A stretch of DNA of 64,000 nucleotides from Bdellovibrionota bacterium (GTDB lineage Bacteria; Bdellovibrionota_G; JALEGL01; DATDPG01). The position numbers and the translations under genes are program-made. The notes under the pieces were generated by a model. The model saw nothing but the letters and a program-made list of their open reading frames with translations, was not told the DNA's origin and did not search any database. The DNA is taken from NCBI GenBank assembly GCA_963668355.1, contig OY764265.1, positions 160,001 to 224,000 on the forward strand, given 5' to 3'. Below are positions 57,292 to 64,000 of the stretch, one piece after another (within the stretch, counting starts at the first letter, position 1; each line of letters opens with the position of its first letter).

Positions 57292-58566
57292 ATGAAGCTG
57301 AATCGACCAGGGCAACCCCAAATCTCAAACCCCTTAGATCCATGGGAAAACCAAGGTGACGCCATATCGGTCGTGAGCGGGGAGTTTTCCGATATCGAGA
57401 CGGAAAAAGCCTATCTAGAATCGACCTGGGACGACCTAAACAAAAGACAAAAAACGACAGCCTTCATTGCTTCTCTCTTTTCGCTGATAAGTCTATATCT
57501 GGATTTTCTATACCTGGGAGCTTCCATCTCATTTGGAGTTCTTATGGCAGCGCGAGTCATCGGGGTTATTCCGTTGGTACACCTCTCGCTTTTCGCATCG
57601 GAAAGCAACTCCAAACAAGCCATTCTCCATTCAACGTTCTGGGCCATAAACTGTGTTTTTTCGTCTGTTTTGGCTTCGGTTTATATTTTACCCGAAGCCA
57701 CACTCCTGGCTTCATTATGGGTTTCCGCTTTGGCTCTGGGGAACTACACCTTCGTGCCCCACACATTCGGTCGAAGGGTCGTTTCATCTCTTTACTTGTC
57801 TGTGGGCTTTATTTCCATAAGCTTTTTTCACAAAGATGTCGGAAAAGAAAACTTCATTAGTGCCATCATGTTTCTTTCATTTACAAATGCATTGGGCACG
57901 CAGTTTTCCCGCGCTTTGGAAGGATTTCGACGAAAAGAAGCCTCGCTCCTGCAAACGCTCCTTCCCAGCAACGTAATCCAAAGCCTTAAGCTAAAAAAGA
58001 AACCCATTGAAGTGTATGAGAATGTCACGGTTTTATTCGCCGACTTGGTTGGATTTACTGAGTTGACATCACGTATACATCCGGAACAACTTGTAGCTTC
58101 CCTCAATCGACTTTTTTCCGAGTTTGATGAAATCATTCGAATTCACCGAGCCCAAAAAATCAAAACAATTGGAGATTGTTACATGGCGGTCTCCGGATTA
58201 CCCACCAACGACGCTCAGCACGCCAAAACGATGCTTTCCATCGCAATCGAAATGAGAAGAGTCGTACGAAGATTTATCATCGGGGGAAAGAGACTTCAGT
58301 TGCGTATTGGCGTGCACTCCGGTCCAGTCATAGCTGGAGTCATCGGAAAAGACAGACCTTTCTTTGATGTTTGGGGAGAGACTGTGAATATTGCTAGCCG
58401 CATGGAATCTCATGGGCTTGCCAATCATATTCAAGTCAGTCACTCGACATATAAGCTCACAAAGGACATGTATCGCTACACTTCCCGAGGGGACCTCTTA
58501 TTGAAAAATGTTGGGGAGCATCCGGCCTATCTTTTAAGTCGCTCGAAGCCTCCATTTCTCTTCTAA
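57292..58566 (+). CDS. Membrane-bound class III adenylate/guanylate cyclase
   Basis: About 6 TM helices, then LLP..VTVLFADLVGFT, KIKTIGDCYM, FDVWGETVNIASRMES; Lys/Asp pair typical of ATP specificity. Confidence 0.9.
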   Translation: MKLNRPGQPQISNPLDPWENQGDAISVVSGEFSDIETEKAYLESTWDDLNKRQKTTAFIASLFSLISLYLDFLYLGASISFGVLMAARVIGVIPLVHLSLFASESNSKQAILHSTFWAINCVFSSVLASVYILPEATLLASLWVSALALGNYTFVPHTFGRRVVSSLYLSVGFISISFFHKDVGKENFISAIMFLSFTNALGTQFSRALEGFRRKEASLLQTLLPSNVIQSLKLKKKPIEVYENVTVLFADLVGFTELTSRIHPEQLVASLNRLFSEFDEIIRIHRAQKIKTIGDCYMAVSGLPTNDAQHAKTMLSIAIEMRRVVRRFIIGGKRLQLRIGVHSGPVIAGVIGKDRPFFDVWGETVNIASRMESHGLANHIQVSHSTYKLTKDMYRYTSRGDLLLKNVGEHPAYLLSRSKPPFLF

Positions 58567-58629
58567 AAGCGGTCATTCCAAAAAATGCTGATATACTGCC
58601 TTTTTTAAATGTGTTGACAATGAGGCTTC

Positions 58630-58995
58630 ATGGTTCCGAATTTAACAAAATATCAGAAAATCGTTTTAGATGACGTGGAAAGCCAAGACTACGAACGGCA
58701 ACGAAAACTGATTTGGATCGGATTTTTCACGATTTGCGCTGGGGGATTGGGTTTTTACCTGGCTTTAATTGTCCGAAAATTGTCTCAAATGAATTTTGAC
58801 GTTTCAAAGCTGATCATTGCTTATGTACGAGACCCGAAAAACCCCGACATGACGACACTCTTTTTTCATGAAACGAGCGTTCTCATTTTGGGGTTCATCA
58901 TGGCCATTGTTGTCTTCGGCCTCTTGGGTTTCCTGATCTACGATTTACAACAGCGAAATAGCCTCATTCAGAAGATTTTAAACAATAAGCCCTAG
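58630..58995 (+). CDS. Hypothetical two-TM membrane protein
   Basis: Two hydrophobic segments; upstream extended -10-like TGATATACT. Confidence 0.55.
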   Translation: MVPNLTKYQKIVLDDVESQDYERQRKLIWIGFFTICAGGLGFYLALIVRKLSQMNFDVSKLIIAYVRDPKNPDMTTLFFHETSVLILGFIMAIVVFGLLGFLIYDLQQRNSLIQKILNNKP

Positions 58996-59866
58996 TTTGT
59001 TTTCTTAACTGGGAAACCACCATTCCCAAGAACATCAATACGCACCCCATCACGGCTTTGAAGGTTAGACTTTCATCCAGAATAAAAAAACCACCCAACA
59101 CCGCAAAAACCGCTTCCAAACTTAATATGATCGCAGCATGAGAGGGTTGAGCCACCCTCTGCCCCATCACTTGAAGTGTGTAGGCTACGCCCACAGAGAG
59201 ACAACCTGCATAAAAAATAGGCCAAGCAGCTTCTTGGAGCATAAAAAAAGAAAGGGGTTCCAAAATCAGAGCGCAACCTCCACTCAAACACGCAACCACA
59301 AAAAACTGCACCGCAGCAATGGAAAGGGAGTCAAACCGGGGAGCAAGCCAACCAATGACATGGACATGCCCGGCCCAAAACAGAACACTTAACAAAACCA
59401 AGGCATCCCCTCGCTCCATATGAAGTTCACTTTTAATGCTTAAAAGATACATTCCGACAGTGGCAAATAAAACGCCCAGCCATGTATTCCCCCTCACACG
59501 TTGGCCCCACAAAATCCCAAGCACAGGAACCATCACGACGTAAAGGCCCGTGATGAATCCCGCCTTCCCCGCGGTGGTATAAACGATGCCCACCTGCTGA
59601 AAACTCGAACCCAGAAACAAAAAAGAACCTGCTAAAAATGCTCCGGCCCAAAACGGCTTTTTTAAATGGGATCTCGGAACCTCTCGTCCTTTTCGTTGAA
59701 AAAACAGAATCGGCAACAACACCACCCCACCCAAAAAAAATCGACTCGCATTGAATGCAAATGGTCCGACATGCTCCATCCCTATGCGCTGAGCCACGAA
59801 TGCAAAACCCCATATGGCTGCAGCCAGCAACAACAAAAGGTTTGCCCTTATCTGAGAGCGGTCCAT
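58964..59866 (-). CDS. DMT/EamA family transporter
   Basis: IWGFAFVAQ, AGFITGLYVV, LEAVFA; ten TM helices. Confidence 0.9.
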   Translation of the reverse strand: MDRSQIRANLLLLLAAAIWGFAFVAQRIGMEHVGPFAFNASRFFLGGVVLLPILFFQRKGREVPRSHLKKPFWAGAFLAGSFLFLGSSFQQVGIVYTTAGKAGFITGLYVVMVPVLGILWGQRVRGNTWLGVLFATVGMYLLSIKSELHMERGDALVLLSVLFWAGHVHVIGWLAPRFDSLSIAAVQFFVVACLSGGCALILEPLSFFMLQEAAWPIFYAGCLSVGVAYTLQVMGQRVAQPSHAAIILSLEAVFAVLGGFFILDESLTFKAVMGCVLMFLGMVVSQLRKQTRAYCLKSSE

Positions 59867-59927
59867 GGAAAGCCATCATGACACAGATTGACGTGAAGCC
59901 CCAAGATTGCTATCCAACGCCACGAAA

Positions 59928-60572
59928 ATGGTTAAGGCCCTAATATTTGATCTAGATGGAACGCTTTGGAATTCCGTTCAAAGTTTTGTGGACTCTTGCA
60001 ATAAAGTATTTCAAAGACACCTTCCGCAAAAAAAAACGACTTATGAGGAAATCGCTTCATACATGGGTTTCCAAACACGTGAGCTTGCCCAAAGCTTATT
60101 TCCAAACGTCTCTGAAGAACAATCCATATTTTTTTTGAAACAATGTTACAAGCAACATCTTTTAGATTTGGATCAAAAGTTGCCACCTTTTTACGAAGGT
60201 GTTCGTGAAGGCATTGAAGAACTGTCGAGACTCTATCCGGTATTTTTGGTTAGCAACTGCAATTCGTCCTATCTGAAGCATTTTTTAAAACATTCCGGAC
60301 TTGGGAAGTTTTTTTCGGATTCAGAGTGTGCAGAAAATGGAAACTCCAAAGGTAAAAATATTCGCCTTGTGATGGAAAGAAATCACATTCAAAGTGCCGT
60401 CTATATTGGAGATACTTCTGGAGACGCCAAAGCCGCAGAGGAAGCTTCCGTGGACTTTATATTTGTCACGTATGGGTGTGGAAATGTACCCCAAGCCAAA
60501 AAAAGATTTGATTCTTTTCCTGACCTGGTTGCGCACTTCAAAAAAGAACTTCCGGCCACAAACCTCGATTAA
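59928..60572 (+). CDS. HAD family hydrolase
   Basis: IFDLDGTL, VSN, K..NI, YIGDTSGD; ATG 59928. Confidence 0.9.
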   Translation: MVKALIFDLDGTLWNSVQSFVDSCNKVFQRHLPQKKTTYEEIASYMGFQTRELAQSLFPNVSEEQSIFFLKQCYKQHLLDLDQKLPPFYEGVREGIEELSRLYPVFLVSNCNSSYLKHFLKHSGLGKFFSDSECAENGNSKGKNIRLVMERNHIQSAVYIGDTSGDAKAAEEASVDFIFVTYGCGNVPQAKKRFDSFPDLVAHFKKELPATNLD

Positions 60573-60579
60573 TTGTCAT

Positions 60580-60927
60580 TTAAAATTTTTGGGCAAATTC
60601 CTCGGCATTAAACCCTACGAAAAGCGTTTTTCCTTTTCGCATCGTGGGGGCTCTCAAATTTCCAGAGGGACCCAAAAGTGCTTTTTTCAATTCAGCGCCG
60701 GACGGCTTATCTTTAGCCATATCGAAATGAAGAATTTTTTTCCCTTTGGCCACCCATATCTCATTCACCTCGCGGGCCAATTTTACGGCATCGGCTCCGC
60801 CCATTCGCACTTTTCGGGCATCTACCTGCTCAACAACCTCAATTTTCTTTTGCGCAAGAAACTCCTGCGCTTTTTTACAGGTCATTCACCCTTTTCGTTC
60901 GTATTGCCAGTCAATTTTCTTTTTCAT
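60580..60927 (-). CDS. ArsC/Spx-like thioredoxin-fold selenoprotein (UxxC), 115 aa with Sec at codon 14
   Basis: ATG 60927 gives MKKKIDWQYERKG-(TGA 60888-60886)-MTCKKAQEFL...GNLRAPT...VGFN; SECIS-like hairpin downstream. Confidence 0.85.
60852..60870 (-). other. Candidate bacterial SECIS hairpin
   Basis: GCGCAGGA-GUU-UCUUGCGC stem begins 15 nt after the UGA; G at the start of the apical loop. Confidence 0.7.
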
Positions 60928-60955
60928 GACAACATCCTAACCCATTCGAGAAATC

Positions 60956-61591
60956 CTACCAAAAAGTTGCTCCGATATTCGCACGAAAACCGAATTTCAC
61001 CTCGGATCCAAAATCACCAAAAGCCATCGCCGGACCGAACTCAAACAAAATCCATGGCGTAATCTCCGGAATGGGAGACCCCTCCACGCCGAAACGAAAA
61101 AGCACAGGAACCGCCACAAAGGGATCTCCATCTTCAATATAAATGAACGATGTCGGGACCGTAATTCCCGTCAACACATTGACTTCCTTATGGGCCCGAA
61201 TGGACATGGGAAGACCCAAATCTCCACGCCCTCCAAAGACAAATTTATCGGAAGGCCCCGTATCCACCCCTCCGACCAGCACACCAGGGGCAAAGCGAAA
61301 GGCCATAGCCATTCGACCCCGATGCATCAAAGGCCAACGCATCGGAAGATTGACGGCTGCGCCAATTTCCAGATTGGAAAACTCACCTGACCAATCTCCG
61401 TACACCAATTCTGCGCCCAAAGCCCAATCCGGATCTCCCGCATTCCACCACTCATAAAAGAGACTCGGCCACCCCACACCCGTATGATGAGCAACCGATG
61501 AGTTCATGGGCTTTCCACCCATGACAGACGATGGAGAAGCCTGCGCTTGGGTGGCAAACAGAAAAAGGATCGATAGAAAAAGGTGCTTCAT
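60956..61591 (-). CDS. Secreted protein, probable small outer-membrane beta-barrel
   Basis: Signal peptide AQA-S, alternating Gly/hydrophobic strands, C-terminal aromatic (IGATFW). Confidence 0.6.
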   Translation of the reverse strand: MKHLFLSILFLFATQAQASPSSVMGGKPMNSSVAHHTGVGWPSLFYEWWNAGDPDWALGAELVYGDWSGEFSNLEIGAAVNLPMRWPLMHRGRMAMAFRFAPGVLVGGVDTGPSDKFVFGGRGDLGLPMSIRAHKEVNVLTGITVPTSFIYIEDGDPFVAVPVLFRFGVEGSPIPEITPWILFEFGPAMAFGDFGSEVKFGFRANIGATFW

Positions 61592-61665
61592 GATAAGTTC
61601 CTCTTACTGAATTTCAGGGAATCCCAGTATACCCAATTTGGAAAGAGCTCGCTGGAATCGTACAT

Positions 61666-63150
61666 ATGTCTGAAATCGTCCTAACAACGCTCAACGCTAA
61701 GTATTTCCATTCCTCGTTTGGCCTAAGATATTTGTATGCCAATCTCAAATCCTTACAAGAGAGGGCCATACTCTTAGAATTTCAGAAAAAACAGTCCCTT
61801 GAGGACATTTTAAAAATCCTTTTGGCACAAGATCCACAGATCATCGGATTTGGGGTTTATATATGGAACGCCAAAGAGTCCTTAGAGGTTGTACGAAGCA
61901 TCCGTCAACGCCGACCAGACATTAAAATCGTCCTTGGGGGACCGGAAGTCAGTTATGAATCCAAGACTCAGGAAATTTGCGACTTAGCAGACTTCGTCGT
62001 TAAGGGTGAAGGTGATTTCGCTTTTCGAGAGTTATGCGAACAAATACTCAAACACGTTCCTCCAAAAGAAAAGTTTATTCTTCCTCAAGCTCCGCCCATT
62101 GAAGATATCAAACTGCCCTATGAATTTTATAATGAAGAAGATATTAAACATCGCCTCATCTATGTAGAGGCTTCTCGTGGATGCCCATTTAAATGTGAAT
62201 TCTGCCTCTCTTCGCTGGATGTGGCTGTTCGAAAATTTCCCATTGACGGTTTTCTTGCCTCGATGAAAAAACTGCACAACCGAGGTGTTCGACATTTTAA
62301 ATTTGTTGATCGGACCTTCAACCTGGATCTTAAAACCACCGAGCGAATTCTCACTTTCTTCTTGAAACATATGTCCTCAGATTTATTCCTTCATTTTGAA
62401 GTGATTCCCGATCGTTTTCCCCCAGGCCTTCTAGAATTACTGGCTCAATTCCCCAAGGGGACACTTCAACTGGAAGTGGGCATTCAGACCTTTAACGAAG
62501 AGGTTGCTGCACGCATCCAACGAAAACAAAACTTTAAAAAAACCCGAGAAAACTTAAAACTGCTTCGAGAAAAAACACATGCGCATATTCATGCAGACTT
62601 GATCGTTGGGCTTCCTGGGGAAGACCTATTCTCTTTTTCCAAAGGCTTTGATCAATTGTATTCGTTAAACCCTCATGAAATTCAAGTAGGCATTCTTAAA
62701 AGGCTTAAAGGAACCCCGATTGTTCAGCATACCGAGGCGTGGAAAATGAATTACGACGAAAATCCACCTTTTCAACTTCTTCAAAATGGCCTCATTCGAG
62801 AAGAAGAGATGCAACGAATGAACCACTTTGCTCGTTTTTGGGAAAAAGTTTCCAACAGTGGAAAATTCCCACACACCGCAAAACTTTTACTTCAAACCAA
62901 CGAATCTCCCTTTGAGGCTTTTCAATCGTTTAGCGACACACTCTTTCGACATTTCCAAAGAACACATTCCATCCCATTGGAAGAACTTATTTCAGCCATT
63001 ACAAACTATCTAACGAACACGACTCTTTTTTCAGAAGAAGACATTCTTCTGTGTGCCCAGAAAGATGAAGAGCTACGCAAAAAAATCCGACGTCAACGAA
63101 AAGATGCAACACAGCACCGGTCCCGGCAAGCCTTTCATCAACCCCTTTAA
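61666..63150 (+). CDS. B12-binding domain radical SAM protein (DUF4080-type)
   Basis: HSSFGLRYL, YIWN, LGGPEVS, SRGCPFKCEFC (CxxxCxxC), DRTFN, DLIVGLP. Confidence 0.9.
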   Translation: MSEIVLTTLNAKYFHSSFGLRYLYANLKSLQERAILLEFQKKQSLEDILKILLAQDPQIIGFGVYIWNAKESLEVVRSIRQRRPDIKIVLGGPEVSYESKTQEICDLADFVVKGEGDFAFRELCEQILKHVPPKEKFILPQAPPIEDIKLPYEFYNEEDIKHRLIYVEASRGCPFKCEFCLSSLDVAVRKFPIDGFLASMKKLHNRGVRHFKFVDRTFNLDLKTTERILTFFLKHMSSDLFLHFEVIPDRFPPGLLELLAQFPKGTLQLEVGIQTFNEEVAARIQRKQNFKKTRENLKLLREKTHAHIHADLIVGLPGEDLFSFSKGFDQLYSLNPHEIQVGILKRLKGTPIVQHTEAWKMNYDENPPFQLLQNGLIREEEMQRMNHFARFWEKVSNSGKFPHTAKLLLQTNESPFEAFQSFSDTLFRHFQRTHSIPLEELISAITNYLTNTTLFSEEDILLCAQKDEELRKKIRRQRKDATQHRSRQAFHQPL

Positions 63151-63160
63151 TTAAATTTCT

Positions 63161-64000
63161 TCAGAACGCTTGGCAATCAATGACGAAGCGGTACTTCACT
63201 TGCCCGGCCACAGTCTTTTCATAGGCATCATTGATTTGGTCCGGTCGAATCAGTTCAATATCACTCGTGATATTGTGCTTAGCGCAATGATTCAACATTT
63301 CCTGAGTTTGGGGAAGGCCTCCAATGAGAGACCCCATTAGATTTCTTCGACCAAAAATCAAAGGAAATACTTCCAAGGCCAGAGGTTGATCAGAGGCTCC
63401 AACCATGATCAACGTTCCTTCACGACGCAACAAGCTGATGGCTTGCGCAAGATCATGCTTTGCGGAAACCGTATCCAGAATGACATCAAAGTGGTTCAAG
63501 TGCTTTTGAACATCTTTTTCGTTGTTGGTCAGGACAAAGTTGGCCGCACCGAGCCTTTTTGCATCTTGAGCTTTGTGAGGGGATCGACTCAAAACTGTAA
63601 CTTCAGCACCAAAGGAGGCTGCCAACTTTACGCCCATATGCCCAAGACCTCCCAGCCCAAGCACGGCCACCTTATCCCCTTTGGAAACACCCACATGTCT
63701 CAAAGGAGAATAGGTCGTAATCCCTGCACACAACAAAGGAGCCGCGCCAGCCGAATCCAAAGATTCCGGAACGTTTAACACGAACTTTTCCTTCACCACA
63801 ATATGGGTGGAGTACCCGCCATAGGTTACCTTCTCTACATCCTGAACAGGGCTATTATAGGTAAGCGTAAACCCCTTTTCGCAATAATTCTCCAATCCCT
63901 CATTGCAACTCGAACAGGTTCCACAGGAGTCCACCAGGCAACCCACGCCCACCTTTTGACCCACTTTAAATTTCGTAACACTGGGGCCAACGGAGATGAC
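63161..64000 (-). CDS. Zn-dependent NAD(P) alcohol dehydrogenase (cinnamyl ADH/YahK-like), 5' end outside the window
   Basis: CGTCSSC..EN.C structural Zn, APLLCAGITTYSPL, GLGGLG, VKYRFVID; frame open to the window edge. Confidence 0.92.
   Translation of the reverse strand, partial: VISVGPSVTKFKVGQKVGVGCLVDSCGTCSSCNEGLENYCEKGFTLTYNSPVQDVEKVTYGGYSTHIVVKEKFVLNVPESLDSAGAAPLLCAGITTYSPLRHVGVSKGDKVAVLGLGGLGHMGVKLAASFGAEVTVLSRSPHKAQDAKRLGAANFVLTNNEKDVQKHLNHFDVILDTVSAKHDLAQAISLLRREGTLIMVGASDQPLALEVFPLIFGRRNLMGSLIGGLPQTQEMLNHCAKHNITSDIELIRPDQINDAYEKTVAGQVKYRFVIDCQAF

Noticed and set aside
61666..63150. B12 radical SAM as part of the lipid cluster (ladderane-like)
   Set aside because: It lies 22 kb away, is unlinked, and belongs to a widespread family
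1..64000. CRISPR arrays, tRNA/rRNA, IS elements, prophage or defence systems
   Set aside because: No spaced direct repeats, RNA gene signatures, transposase/integrase or defence domains were recognised by eye; a covariance-model scan was not possible

Overview
A gene-dense bacterial chromosomal window. The gene content suggests a deltaproteobacterial-type lineage (Bdellovibrionota/Myxococcota-like), which is inference only. About 55 CDSs are present, and I saw no rRNA, tRNA, CRISPR array or mobile element. Housekeeping genes include pntA1/A2/B, two glutamate dehydrogenases, a GMP reductase-like gene, udk, dNK, typA, ychF, lepB, pyrB, a PhoBR-like two-component system and znuACB. Three features stand out. 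(1) A 14-gene divergent lipid/hydrocarbon cluster (25050-39234): oleABCD-acpS-nitrilase faces a GbsR/MarR regulator followed by a dedicated type II FAS module containing two phytoene-desaturase-like flavoproteins and a class V PLP enzyme. A palindromic candidate operator sits in the 51-bp gap between the arms. (2) A hidden selenoprotein missed by the ORF track: an ArsC-like gene with an in-frame UGA forming a UxxC motif and a bacterial SECIS-like hairpin (60580-60927, minus strand). (3) A dispersed set of five sigma54-type -24/-12 promoters (TGG-N8-TTGCW) placed directly before accessory secreted or signalling genes, mostly predicting leaderless or very short-leader mRNAs.
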